The position numbers were made by a program, and so were the translations under genes. A stretch of 64,000 nt of DNA from Schizosaccharomyces osmophilus (Eukaryota): contig NC_079238.1 in assembly GCF_027921745.1 (NCBI RefSeq), positions 806,001-870,000 on the forward strand, read 5' to 3'. Shown here in pieces: positions 12,626-25,552 of this stretch; the first letter of the stretch is position 1, and the number at the start of each line of letters is the position of its first letter. The notes under the pieces are model-generated. The model made no database searches, was not told the DNA's origin, and saw only the letters and a list, made by a program, of their open reading frames with translations.

Positions 12626-13023
12626 ATATGTTACTTGTTACTCAGGAATGAATTAAGAATTACAATCCAAAACAGACAGCAAAGGAGATTTCCAAATTAA
12701 TAGTTTTGATTAACTTAAAGAGTTGTTCATTTTTGTTCAATTTAGTAAGTTGGTAAACGTTTTATATAAATACCACTTCTCACTGTAAACCCGTAAGTAC
12801 TTTTGTATTTAGGAATAGTATTCGCTTGAATCAAGCAAAGTACATAAGAGAAGGATTTTCTGCTTTATATTTTTATTTATACAACCATATCTTTTGGTAC
12901 GTTGGGACTTTTTGCTGTTTTTAATAGCCGGGTTGGTTGTCAAAAAGACAATCAGGAAAGAAAGCTTCAATTAGACTTCTGTTTTCTTCTATCTTGTTTC
13001 GTTTGTAAAAAGAAATAGTAATA

Positions 13024-14561
13024 ATGAGAATTGGTGTCCAGGGTTGCTGTCATGGCATTTTGGATAACCTGTATTCCTTGGCTAGCAAGCATAATGTGGA
13101 ACTTTTAATTATAGGTGGAGACTTTCAAGCAATTCGAAACTTATCTGACTTTCATTCTATATCTGTCCCCGCTAAATTTAAGCGTCTAGGTGATTTTCAC
13201 AAATATTACTCGCAGGAGAAGATCGCTCCTATACTAACTATATTTGTTGGTGGAAATCATGAAGCTAGTAATTACCTCGAAGAACTGTATGTTTAAATTA
13301 TGAATAAATAGAAAGAAAAAGAACTGACCAAGCCGATTAGTCCTTATGGAGGATGGATTGCACCCAATATCTATTATATGGGAAGGTCATCTGTTATTCG
13401 CGTTGGAAATTTACGAATTGGCGGCATTAGCGGCATCTACAGTGAATTTGATTACAGAAAAGGTATGAGAATACAAAAGCTAGGTTGGCCTTTATCTAAC
13501 GTTGCATTTATGCGCTAGGTCGGTATGAACGTTTGCCATACGAATATAAGATGCTGAAAAGTGTTTATCACACCAGAGAGTTTGACGTTCTTTCTTTAAA
13601 ATCGCTTCGTTCTCCTATTGATATTTTTCTTTCGCACGATTGGCCTCGGGGAATTGAACAACATGGCGATACAGCTAAATTATTAAAAAACAAGCCTTTC
13701 TTTCGTAAAGAAGTTGAACAGAATGATCTTGGATCTCCAGCGTTAGAAGAAATTTTAAACTCCATAAAACCAAAATACTGGTTCGCAGCTCATCTACACA
13801 CTCGTTTTGCCGCTACTGTTCATCATAAGGCGGTTCCACCTTCCGTCTATAACGATGTTTCTGAGCTAGAAGAATCCCGTTCTTCAGAAGAACAACATGA
13901 AATTCCAAAGAAAGCTCGTACTGAAGCAAACCCCGAGTTTGATCCTGAACATTTGAAAGAAACCAATGATTGCGATGATGATGCTAGCCTAGTTCCATCA
14001 ACTTCCACTACACAATTTCTAGCTTTAGACAAATGTCTACCAAGACGATCTTATTTTGAAGTTGTTGAAATTGAACCCACAGAGCCCTTTCAGGAAGGCG
14101 ATCTTTACATGAAATACGACCCTGAATGGTTGAGCATTGTCCGAGCAATGAAGCCATTTCAATCAAGCTTAGTGAAGCAAACCCCTTTACCACCTGTGGA
14201 TGAATTACATAAGTATGATACCTCAAGTTTGTTGAATGTTCTTTTTGCTTACTTAACTTAGTTTGATTGATAAAGAGAGAAAGTGGGTTGAAGATAACAT
14301 TGTTCAAAAGAATAAGTTGGGCATCCTTCGAAACTTTGCTCCTACAGCTCCTTTTCAATCACGTGGAATTACGGACAGAATTATTCGTAAGTTTGTTATA
14401 CCTTTTTTTTTATATGAAACTATTGCTAACTTGAATCTTTAGCTGCTACTTATGTGAACCCTCAGACTACTTCCTTCTTACAGTTGGTCGGATTGCAACC
14501 TGAGGGCAATGAACCTTTACTTTCTTCGTCCATAAAAAACGAAAACGAAATCGAGTTATGA
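13024..14561 (+). CDS. dbr1: RNA lariat debranching enzyme, 5 exons
   Basis: [36 protein letters not shown] motifs; exons 13024-13286, 13341-13462, 13519-14212, 14262-14386, 14443-14561. Confidence 0.94.
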
Positions 14562-14897
14562 GCTATACAAGCATTTGGGTTTGGTTAATTTACTTCATCT
14601 CATGTAGCTATCGGTACAGCTGATTTTCCGAGGGATTAAAGTAATGAATAACAGCATGAAAAATTCAATAGAGAATACGACAAGACTGGAAAGGCTACCA
14701 GAAACGCTTATAACAAAAATTAAAATGAATAATTGGCGTTTTCCATTCACTGATAAAAAGTCCATTTTTACAGTTTCCTTAAACAGTCAAAATTTCGACT
14801 ACTTGTTTATTATTTTTAGATTATTATTATTTTGTATGTCTTTTATAATCAGCACGAGTCGACGTGAATGCATTTCCTCATATGTACCAAATTATTG

Positions 14898-14903
14898 ACG
14901 CGT
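14898..14903. promoter_or_regulatory. MCB element upstream of rec25
   Basis: ACGCGT about 50 nt before the ATG; early meiotic rec genes are typically MCB/MBF controlled. Confidence 0.65.
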
Positions 14904-14950
14904 ATACTCGTTCCAAGAACCAACCACGAATATAATTTGCATTCTTCATT

Positions 14951-15397
14951 ATGGTTAAAAAGACAAATTCAAACGCGAATAGTTATATAAAACAATTTGA
15001 AAAGTTTTCTGAAAAAGAAGGATTGGAAGCAGTTGCGTTTTCAAATCGTTTGCTGGAAGAGTGTACAAATAAGACAAAGCAACATGACTATAATGCTATG
15101 CAAGGGAATGGTTCCCGTGTAAATTCCGATTACAAGAATGAAACTATGTTAGTAAAAACTTTGTGTCAGCACTTTCTGTCTGAATTGGAAGCTACTGAAA
15201 GTGAAATGGCTGCCAATATGGCCTGTATACAAACCAATTTACAGTCCATCGACAGAGAGAACGGTAAAGATTTGTTAAACGTGCTAGAACAGTTATCAAA
15301 GGAGACGTCAACGGCCCAAAAAGTTTTAGAATACAATGGCCCTGAAACTCAAAATCAACTAATGCAAGGGCTGCTAATGTGCATGGAATCCGAATAA
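14951..15397 (+). CDS. rec25: meiotic linear-element protein Rec25 (probable)
   Basis: 148 aa helical/coiled-coil ORF between dbr1 and pex6, the recalled position of S. pombe rec25; MCB upstream and clustered DSR hexamers. Assignment rests on synteny and context. Confidence 0.72.
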   Translation: MVKKTNSNANSYIKQFEKFSEKEGLEAVAFSNRLLEECTNKTKQHDYNAMQGNGSRVNSDYKNETMLVKTLCQHFLSELEATESEMAANMACIQTNLQSIDRENGKDLLNVLEQLSKETSTAQKVLEYNGPETQNQLMQGLLMCMESE

Positions 15398-15441
15398 TTG
15401 TTAATAGTGAATTTAAACAGTTTTCAAATATTGCAAGCAAT

Positions 15442-18332
15442 CTATGTACTCATCTTGTACCCAGTTCCTTTGTAATCATTTTGAAACTGTTCTTTCAAAC
15501 GATCGTAGTGTTCCAGTTCTGATTCTGATACGCTGGGGTTTAGCTTTTGCAGCGCGATTTCGAAATCAAAGTGTTGGATTCGTAGGTCAAGAACATCCTG
15601 TCCATCATGATATTGTAAGAAGTCCTCAACAGAAGCATACGTACTTGAGCTTTTAACCTTCTCTTCTACCTCTGCAGTTTTTCGTTTTAAAGCTAGGGAG
15701 AGAGCATCTGCACACAGAGCATAAAGGTCAGCTCCCGTAAAATTATTTGTGCATTGTTTTGCAATGTCGTAGAGATTGACGTCTTTATCTAACTTGAATT
15801 TTCTGCTGATGGTCTGAAGAACTTTCTCACGAGCATTTATAGTAGAGTTAATTCCAAGATATACCATCTTATCGAACCGCCCTGGACGAAGAAGTGAAGG
15901 ATCGAGCAGATCTGGTCGGTTGGTGGCCCCGATAGCAAATACAAACTTGTTCGACTTATGAACTGAATCAAGTTCTGCTAGGAGTTGACTAACAATTCTA
16001 TCCATGACGTTCCCACTATCGCTAGAATTTCCTCTTTTCGGGGCGACTGAATCCAGTTCGTCAAAAAAAATTATACAAGGTGCCGCATTTTTGGCTTTTG
16101 TAAAGATTTCACGCATGTTGGCTTCTGATTCACCGACGTACATATTCAGAAGTTCAGGCCCCTTTACACTCAAAAAACTTAAAGAGAGCTCCGTGGCTAC
16201 AGCTTTAGCCAGTAATGTTTTTCCTGTTCCTGGGGGTCCATACAATAAAACACCACCTCGAATGTTTACACCTTTGCCGAATAGCTCCGGCCTTAATAAA
16301 GGCAGTTGCAATGTATCTTTCAAAATATTTTTTGCTTCCTCTAGACCTCCAACGTCTTCCCATTTTACTTTTGGGATTTTGAAATCGCCATTTACGCATT
16401 CTTTTCTGTAGATATCAATTTCTTTGTAAATGTCATCCTGGGTTATAACAGGACCAGAACAATGTATCGAGAAATCAGTATAGTTTTGTCTGAGACGCCT
16501 TATGGTCCTAAGTAATGAAGTTTCAAACAAAGCACTTAATTCATGTAAAGAAAACGCACTCGTTGCTTTTGATATGTCAACCAAATTAACTTTATTCTCA
16601 ACGTGAAAGTTCTTAGATAGGACTCTTAAAAGTTCCAGTCTTTCCTCATCATTAAAATTCGAAAGCGTAAATTCGTAAAAAGATTCAGCCATAACTTCCT
16701 CAGGAATGGTTTCAGTATTTGCGGCAACTCCCACAAGAGCGAACCGGTTATTATGAAACATATCCAACGTCTCTTTAAATATCGTAATCAATTTTGGATT
16801 GGCATTATTAATGGAGCCGTCAGTTGGTAAATTTAAGATGTTTAGATCTCTAATAAGGATAAGTCCGTATGGATGACGAGTCAAAGGCTTCAAAAATTCA
16901 GTTACTTTCGAACCAACTTTTTTTCTGTCCAAATCAACAAGGTCATAACATGAAACCTAAGGATATTAGCATTCAGAAAATTCATCGAGTAGCTTACCGA
17001 AAACAACGGAACACCCAAGTTGGAAGAAATACACGAGACAACTTCATTCAATTCCAAAATTCCCCATCCTGAAATCATATAAAATGGGTAACGCACTGGC
17101 GGTTGGGGATGCAAATAAAGGGCTTTTAGCATATTGTGCAGCTTTCGAGATACCTGATTCGTTGCAATGAACGGAAGGAATCTTTTATTTAAAAATGGGA
17201 GAAAGTTTGAGGTCCTATTCATATCAAATTCAATCACAGTAGAATGATCAACATAGTAGATTTCTCCCGCTGGAGCGTCAACCTCATCCAATACGAACCA
17301 AACGAACTGTGAATGCTCCTCTAAAACAGCAGGAGAATCATAAAAAAAATGTGACTTTTTATCTATGTAGAAGGTGAACATAGTATTGCGGCATAATTCA
17401 CTTCCATGGAACAATGCTTCCCGCGCGAAATCCCAAACTTTTTGCTGTAAAGTAGCGTCGAACTGGAAAGGAAGATAAATACATTTTAATCTGATCTTTT
17501 TCGCCGAAACAACTACTGGGGGATCCACATTTAGGATACAATGTGTCTCGTTCTCTCTAAATAACGAAGAAAGGGTTGGAGATACCCGGATGGCGTTTTC
17601 AGCAACATCGCACGTAGGAATAGCTTTGGCATAAATAAACTTACCAAGGCATGTACTAAGCTTTATCCAAGAATCCTTTCTCTTTCTTTGCGAAGACAGC
17701 GTCACAGGATGCAGAAAAGCATTATAGCAATTTGCTAGGGAACAATCGGATTCCGTAGATATGTCCATATTTTCAATTAAAAGTTCATTGGAAATAAGTG
17801 TAGGAGACAGTTTTTTGGTAAAAAGCAATGACAGGTCTTCAAAGGAAAGCAAAGGTTTTACTTCAGGTACAACACACTTTTTTATTTGGGTATGGAATGT
17901 AATGTAACCTTGCGTTACAGGAATACACTGAACGACCTGAACATCATCCGAAAGAAATTCTCCATTTTTCAAAGGAATTCTTTCCTCGCGATACAACCTA
18001 AGGAGTGCATCCACGTTCGTCGATATATCGAGTGATACACACAACTCGACATGGCTTAGCTCGACTGGTTGTATCGCAGAGATAGAAACATTCCTTTGGA
18101 CGAGTCTATCGTAATTCGAAATCTCAAGGAAAGAAGACTCGAGTGTAGGATTGTGAAAAAGCTTGAATATACAACCTGCGTATGGATTGGCAAAAGTACA
18201 TACAAACAGGTATGGATCGTCCTTTTTTAATGCTGGGACATTAGAAAAAGCCCACTCAAAGTTTATCCATGCTTTTCGGGTTGGATGAAGTCTTGGCAAA
18301 ACACTGACAGTAGTGGAAGCGTAGTTGTCCAT
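15442..18332 (-). CDS. pex6: peroxisomal AAA ATPase Pex6, 2 exons
   Basis: Intron 16957-16997 joins the two ORFs; IPKVKWEDVGGL, GPPGTGKT, FFDELDS, GNVMDRIVSQLLAELD, RPGRFDK. Confidence 0.93.
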
Positions 18333-21300
18333 TCATGAAATGAAGTCTCCAAAAAAATATTTTAAATCAGAAAGCTTCCACATAAAGAATTTATAATTAT
18401 GTGTTTCAATGCTGAACTTATTTAAGAAGCGCAATACATGGAACTCTACTCCGCGGGAGTGGGAAGGTCAATCGGTTTAGGGTACATACATGTCGAACGC
18501 ATGTTTCGAAATTTGATGCAGTAGAGCTCTTGTATAGGACTTGATGTTTAGTAGTTTCTTTTTCGTTTACAACTTACAATTATAATCTTCTTGAAGTTAT
18601 TCATACTATAAAATATAAAAAAACGTCAAAGCAGTAAAAAAGAACTTAAAAAAAAATAAAACCTAAAATACGGGAGGAACAGAATAAAACAGACTACTTC
18701 CATGGCTTTACTAGCCGAATTTTGTTGTTATTGAGTAAATTAAACCCAAAGTCGCTTGCTTTTTCAAGTAAATTGTTTTGTCTGTCTCGCAAGAGCAACT
18801 CACTTCTCTGATTATGATAATAATCACTCCGTTCTAAGCTTATAAACTCAAATTGAACCTGTGGTGCTTCATTCCATAACGCTAATAATGTTGAAAAGTC
18901 TGCTTATTTAATCGTAAAAGGTGCTTTTTGGGGGGCCAAACTATACCAAATCCTCCAATGCGAAGGTTCTGACTGCAAAGTTTTGGTTCACATAGCTTTT
19001 TATAAAATTACTTCCAGATGAAATCTTTGCAATTGATAATGCCAATTCGTAAATAAGAAATCAGAGAATAAGCTTTTTTAGGGTTTGTTTACTTTGTGTA
19101 ATATTCTAGTCTTTAATATAATGCAATGGATTCGTGTTCGATTATATTTCTATAATATTTCATAGGAAAATATCATAAGGCTAAAGAAATGTAATACTAC
19201 CGTCAAATAAGCGTAACGAGGGCACTGACATAATGTCACTGTTTCATGAATGAGACATGTAGAAAGCTACTACCAAGACTTTTTCAAGCAGACATCTTTT
19301 GTAACGTGAGTTTGTTTTAGAACTTTTTTTTTAAAGGAGCTTTCAATTCCTTTGGGCTGTTTCTCAAAAACTGAAGTCAGTTTCTACTGAGATTCTAGTT
19401 GTTCTTGCCTAGACTGTAAATCTCAATCCTATTTTTGTTTTTTGAATTGCCCTTGTAAATATGAAGAATACTTATACTCCTGTTTAGATATCTGAAGACT
19501 CCCCCAAAACGCTCAATGATGAAAAGCGAGAGAGTCGACCTCCTTCAGATGGCACACTAAAGCACGAATTCAAACTTCTTTAATTAGGAAAGGGCATAGC
19601 AAAGGCATAAGCGGTTTAGCAAATTATTTGCCTTGTACTTTTGGTATGTACTCTTTGGGGATTTTTTTTTTGTCTCATAATATTCTATTAACCTATTTAG
19701 AGTCGTTCAATGTCCAAGATGAGAGACCTTTGAACGAAGAAATCGAATTTCAACCGCTTGACGACGATGAAAGAACTGAAGTTTGAGGTTTCGTGTTTTT
19801 TTATTTCTATAGTCTTGCCGAAACAGTTGTAATTCTTCTCTCGAATTTCGCGCCATCTTAGGAAGCACAGATGCTAATGCAATCCTCCAAGTTCCAAAGT
19901 AAATATTTATTTGCATACGAATAGAATTACACGCAACACAGAGGAAGACGTTTTCATCCAGCATGGTTTTATTTATTTGTTTTTCTTTCACTCTTCATGA
20001 ATCTTATCATTCGTTACAACTTAATTAAACAATTTCTACTTTCAGTTCATTGTAAATCGAAGAAAAGCATTTCACAGCTCAAACATGTTATTGCTTCATC
20101 AGTTATCACAACCAAGAGTACGGAACGAGCGAAGTGGACAAGGACCATCGGAAATTGCGTGGCTCTATTTCAAGCGGCTCTACTATGTAAGCCAAGAGCG
20201 CTAATGTCCAGGGATGTGGTAAATGAAATTAAATGTCAAGAGTAAGTAGGCAATCTCATATCACCAGATTAGTCAATGTTCCTTCAAGTATGGAGATTTC
20301 GACCTGGGGCATGTGTTTAAAAATCTTTTTTTTTCATTTCTTTTGAATTTTTAGTAAATGAAAATACTCTTCAGAAACTAATCAAGATTCTACTTATTCT
20401 ACAGGATTTCAATCCTAAATATTATCGAGATATTACGAGTACCATAATCCTAAAGCGTGGACGTTTGTATAATGTAAATAAAGGATAAAATAAACATTTC
20501 CATAACCAAGTTTAATTATCGTAAATATCCGAAACGTCTTGCTGTCCATGAAAAGTACTCGTTCATATATTTCATATTGCAGCCTAGTACAATAGTATTT
20601 TTTTTGTAATCGAGATAGAAACTTATGAAATTGGCGTATTACTATATGTAAACAAATCATTCGCGATGCAATATTCAACCAAAACCCTAGCTACAATTTT
20701 ACTATTAATGATAACTTTTATTAAATAATGATCAGACAAGGTGGGAAGATTGCGAAGCTGTAGGCATATGTGAACTTTAGTAGAAATACCAGATTGGAAG
20801 ATTGAACTTTTGAGTATAAAAAATATTTTCTTATACTATTATCCTTTCACCAAACATAAATGTCAACCAAAAACCTTTTTAAGTTTTTATACTTTTTCCA
20901 TTCAAAACTTAACTAGCTAAATATTGCTACGCTACTCAAACAATGAAAGGAAGTAAAAAGAGTAGAGAAGTACGCGTTTTTCTTGCCTTTAAGAGCCCAT
21001 GATTATTTGAAATTCTTCACTTCTAGATCCTATAAGAGTTATATACTTGAATCATGTTAAACGTCAATGCTGTACCTACAAGAGAGCAATAGGGCTTCTC
21101 AGTATGTAACAAGCTTTTTCATGAAGGAATTATGAACTTCTTACAGAGGAAAAAAAAAAACAACTGTGATCCAATTTCAACTTGGACTCCAAATTTTTCC
21201 TTCAACCCAGTTTACTGATGAAATATCAGATTTGATCTTCCCTCTTGATAATCTCTGGCAAGAAAAAAAAAAAAGATTCCAAAATTCACCATCTTCGAAC

Positions 21301-21492
21301 GCTAGGCTACGATAATACAGAGTCAAAGAATAAAGTATCACACAAACGATATCTTAAGCTACGCAAAAGACCTTTTCCTATTGTGAATTTTGTGAGAACG
21401 TCTTTCAAAATCTTCTAAAGAAATGACTATTTTTTCTTTGTGAAACAAGTATTTATAGATATAAAAAGAATTCCCTTTTCAATTATTCATGA

Positions 21493-23631
21493 ATGAATGG
21501 CTCATATTCAAGTGATGCAGCTTTCGATGCACAAGAAGACTATCCCAAATCACAACCAAATGTGTGCATCCCTTGTGCGCTAGGGACGTGTTTAATTCAT
21601 TTTCGTGAATTTTCATCATCCAGCTTCGTTGATCCGGTTTCTCTGTTTTGCTTAGATACGTATCCAAATGCTGGCCAGATGCAATCTGACAGTGAAGTCA
21701 TTAAGCCCGAAAGAAAGGTAAGAAATACTTTTACCTCAAATCCATTTCATTCTTTGCATACCGATTCCTATCATGTTTCGCATTCTCCTAATGTTGATGT
21801 TTCGTCCGCCGAATCCAAAGTCAAAGCCAAAGAAACGGTGGCTCCTATTCTGGATTCCAAGTCAAACCTGTCTACTGAGGAAAACGAGATTTCTACTGCT
21901 TATTTCCCAAAAAATGTACCAGCTCACGCTTCCGCTTTAAATTCAGATTTTTTTGAAAAATCCAAGTCGTCACCCCAATCTTATAATTCACCACCTTTCT
22001 CTTTGTCGTCTGAATTCTCACAGGACTATAGTCCATACCGCAGCACAACTCCTCATCCATTGACGAGTACTGCCGCAGGCACGGCACCGTCCAGTCAACA
22101 TGTTGATACTGGCTCTTCAGAACACACCCAAGCTACTTCATTAAAGGAACATATGGATGACCTTGGATTTGATGACTCTTTATCTTATGCCTATATCCTA
22201 AACCCTACTTCCGACTCTGATGTTGATTTAATACGCCAGTATTTTATTTCAAAAGAAGGATCCTATTCCATCAACGATATGCATATTAAATACGTCTCTG
22301 CAGATCCTAAAACACCAATCATGTATATGGTTGATCCAGCCTACGAGCCGTCCAAGCAGGTAGCACGGGACGAAAAACTCCAAGAAATATTTGAATTTCT
22401 TGATGCCACTGTCGATAGCGTCCTTTCTGAAAAGCTCATCAACCTTTACTTCCTTTATATACACCCTACGTATCCGGTTGTTCACCGTGAGCGATTCTTA
22501 TTATTATTTCATACATCGAAAAACAAAATATCACCGATTTTGTTGATGGCCATGTATGCCGCATCAATCCTGTATTGGGATGCAGATGAGTCTTTACGCA
22601 ATTTTCCTCGTGTAGACTCAAAGAAGCTTTGGGATATGACTGAAGAGTCACTCAACCAGTCTTTTTCTTTGCCCAGATTAAGCACATTACAAGCTGCTGT
22701 CATTTTCCTTGCCGGAAGACCATGGATTAACGTTGCCGGTAATTGGAGCATTTTGACGAGAGCCGTTGCTTTGGCTCTTATTTTGGGATTTCACTTGGAT
22801 TGTTCCGATTGGCAAATTCCAGAAGAAGAAAAAATTTTGAGGATTCGGACTTGGTGGGCCCTTTTTATTAGTGAAAAATGGCTTTCCATGTATATTGGCA
22901 TAAACGCGAGCATTCGACAGGATGACTATTTGGTCCCTCCCTTGAGCGCTACTCAATTGTTACCATCTGAAAACACGTATGCTGATTCGTTTAGAGTGTT
23001 TATGAAAATGTCAGAGTTGAGTGTTTTCTTACAAACAATATTGCAAAATTTATTTACCCTGAGGGCCGTCATGAACATGTCAAAGAATAGACGTAGTGTG
23101 GCCCAAAAAATCAGCAAATACCTCGCGCAGTTGGATGAATTTACCGAAACATGCCAATTCCAAGCTGGTACACCTGGCGTGTGTTCCTTGTACTTACAAA
23201 TTGACGCTTTGGAGCTTTTACTTCGTAGGACGGCTCTCAAAATGAAACTGACGGATCTTAGGTTCCAAAACGATATGTTGGTACTTGTTGAGCGATGTAT
23301 TACTAGATTTTTATCCATAGATGACCGATTGTCTACTGATTTTTTTTGGCCTTATTCTCAGTTTTATTTCTGCATTCTCTCATCTTCTATCATAAAAATG
23401 TATTTGGACTTTGAATTTAATGAAAACTATAACATGCGGATTATGGATTTACTGATTCGTTTCACAAAACATTGCGTATGGTTGAAACGCAGAAATTTTG
23501 ATCTTATTTTCATGGCATATAAACGATTAAATGCTTTGTTGTTGGAATTGAGCACAGACCGACCACCCATAAAGAAATTATTGCAAACAGCATTTGAAAC
23601 AGGAAAACGAACATTTGATTCAACGATGTAA
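21493..23631 (+). CDS. fungal-specific transcription factor domain protein (Fungal_trans), no canonical Zn2Cys6 cluster visible
   Basis: [43 protein letters not shown]...[14 protein letters not shown] middle-homology motifs; syntenic with SPAC105.03c as recalled. Confidence 0.85.
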   Translation: MNGSYSSDAAFDAQEDYPKSQPNVCIPCALGTCLIHFREFSSSSFVDPVSLFCLDTYPNAGQMQSDSEVIKPERKVRNTFTSNPFHSLHTDSYHVSHSPNVDVSSAESKVKAKETVAPILDSKSNLSTEENEISTAYFPKNVPAHASALNSDFFEKSKSSPQSYNSPPFSLSSEFSQDYSPYRSTTPHPLTSTAAGTAPSSQHVDTGSSEHTQATSLKEHMDDLGFDDSLSYAYILNPTSDSDVDLIRQYFISKEGSYSINDMHIKYVSADPKTPIMYMVDPAYEPSKQVARDEKLQEIFEFLDATVDSVLSEKLINLYFLYIHPTYPVVHRERFLLLFHTSKNKISPILLMAMYAASILYWDADESLRNFPRVDSKKLWDMTEESLNQSFSLPRLSTLQAAVIFLAGRPWINVAGNWSILTRAVALALILGFHLDCSDWQIPEEEKILRIRTWWALFISEKWLSMYIGINASIRQDDYLVPPLSATQLLPSENTYADSFRVFMKMSELSVFLQTILQNLFTLRAVMNMSKNRRSVAQKISKYLAQLDEFTETCQFQAGTPGVCSLYLQIDALELLLRRTALKMKLTDLRFQNDMLVLVERCITRFLSIDDRLSTDFFWPYSQFYFCILSSSIIKMYLDFEFNENYNMRIMDLLIRFTKHCVWLKRRNFDLIFMAYKRLNALLLELSTDRPPIKKLLQTAFETGKRTFDSTM

Positions 23632-23889
23632 GTGAGAGCATTTCTTGGAGATAGCTAAGAGGTTTTCTTTTTTTAATTTTAAAAATAGTTTTGTTCATTT
23701 ATTTTTACATTGTGAGAGAACAGAGGTTCCTCTTTTAATTTGTTTAATAATAAAATGATATCGATGGTTCATTAATAAAGCGCTCGCTCTACCTATAATA
23801 AGCTTTTCTATTTTTTTTATTTTTTAATAAATGCGTCTTATTTATCAGTTTAAAGCTTGATTTGTTCACAAAAAGTGAATTTAAAAAAG

Positions 23890-23973
23890 TCTCTCGAGCC
23901 AGATTCGAACTAGCGACCAACCGGTATCATGAACATTACAGCCGGATGTGATAACCAACTACACCATCGAGAG
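23890..23973 (-). tRNA. tRNA-Tyr(GTA) with short intron
   Basis: Minus strand CTCTCGA..TCGAGAG acceptor stem, CCGG-CT-GTA-A then about 10 nt intron, GTTCGAATC T-loop, T6 terminator downstream. Confidence 0.95.
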
Positions 23974-24827
23974 ATGTTCTGATTGTTTTAGAAAACAAAC
24001 ATATTTAAGGCCAAAAAGCTCTAGAAATTTAAAAATAAAGAAGCATTGCATTATGAGATGATCGACGTTTTAACCATAGAATTTGGTTTCTTTTATCCTT
24101 AATAATTCTCACCTTGAATTTCCTATAGGTATGTAACAGCATACTTGTATCGTGGTAAAACCAAAGGAACCCTTGCCAGGGTTCCTTTGGACAATAATTA
24201 CATTCTGTATCCAACGCATCGAGAACTCGTCGTAGAGTTCCTTAGTTTATGATGACAAGTCTTTAATATGCCATGTCTGTGAGAGTTTTGTGTGCCATAT
24301 GAAAGGCTATCGATCCACTTACCAAGCAAGCAAAAAGAGAGAAAAATACAAAAGCGTATAGTTATAAACGTGTTGATTTTCACAATACTGAAAGGCGATC
24401 CTGCTTTGGAAACAATACGAATATTCCATGTTTGCCTTGTAACGTCATCAACAAGAATACACAACTAAGGAACACTTGACATTGATTTTATTTTTGCTTC
24501 AAAAGGAAGACTTTAAATCATAGAAAAAAGATAGAGAGTTGGGCCGAGCAATGCTCATTCTGAAGCAATGACAAAACTTTTGAACCCTGGTATAAGGCAC
24601 CATGAACAATATCGTAGAAATGGAAGCAGTAAGAGATTCATTTGCTATTTGGTTCTTCCCTAGAAAACAAAAACATATGTTTTCTGCTTTTGTTTTTGAT
24701 TTTCTGATTCGAACAATTCGTTAGACCTGTTACCTTTGTTACCTACTTCTTAAGCATCTAAAGACAAGGAAAAGATGCCGGAAGTGTCGAAGGAACTTGC
24801 CAAATACCTAATCCTTTCGTATTGAGA

Positions 24828-25552
24828 ATGTCTACTGCCGGAGCCACACCTCGTAAGATTGCAAAAGGAAAAGTGGGAAGTATTCATTGCTAACGATTTG
24901 GGCATGTAGAAGAAACACTGGTTGCAGCATGCCGTACCGACAACGTGGATATGCTTGCAGAAGCTGTCCACGGGCAAGAAGGACATGAAGTTGAGTTTAT
25001 CAATCAAGCGCGTGACTCCTTGGGAAATGATTGTTTGCATGTTTGTGCAAAGTATGGATCAGTCAACTGCTTGGACTGGATTTTGGACATTTCCGGTATT
25101 GAATTGAACCATCATTCTCGTATGACTGGTGATACACCATTGCATCTCTCTGTAGCGTATTTGAAGAAGAATGAGGAAATTTCTCTGCAAATGGGTATGA
25201 ATTATCTCAAATCCGAAGTTGCAAACATCAACTTACGCATTGTTGAATTCAAAAATTTAAAGCAACTCCAAATAGTTTTTGTTGCTAGTATAGCTCCTTT
25301 GGATTTACAGACATCAAATCTTCTTAAATTTGCTAACATTCTTTTATAGTTGAAATGCTGATTGAAGTTGGTGCCGATTCCCTAGCTACAAACAATGATG
25401 GTTTCCGTCCTATCGATCTCGTCCCTGGGGATTACCGTGAGCGCTTTGGCGCTGCGTTGGAGGGACCTGCTCCTACTCTTCAATACAGTGCTGACGCTGT
25501 TGCAGATGATGATGATGATGATGATGAAGGCGAAGGATCTGGCTCTGAGTAA
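24828..25552 (+). CDS. small ankyrin-repeat protein, 3 exons
   Basis: Exons 24828-24852, 24910-25194, 25350-25552: MSTAGATPQETLVAACRTDN...GNDCLHVCAKYG...GDTPLHLSV...MLIEVGAD, acidic tail. Confidence 0.85.

Noticed and set aside
19707..20678. Short ORFs (81-94 aa) in the long intergenic region
   Set aside because: No recognisable motifs or codon bias; consistent with chance ORFs.
25505..25527. (GAT)n microsatellite
   Set aside because: Simply encodes the Asp run in the ankyrin protein's acidic tail.
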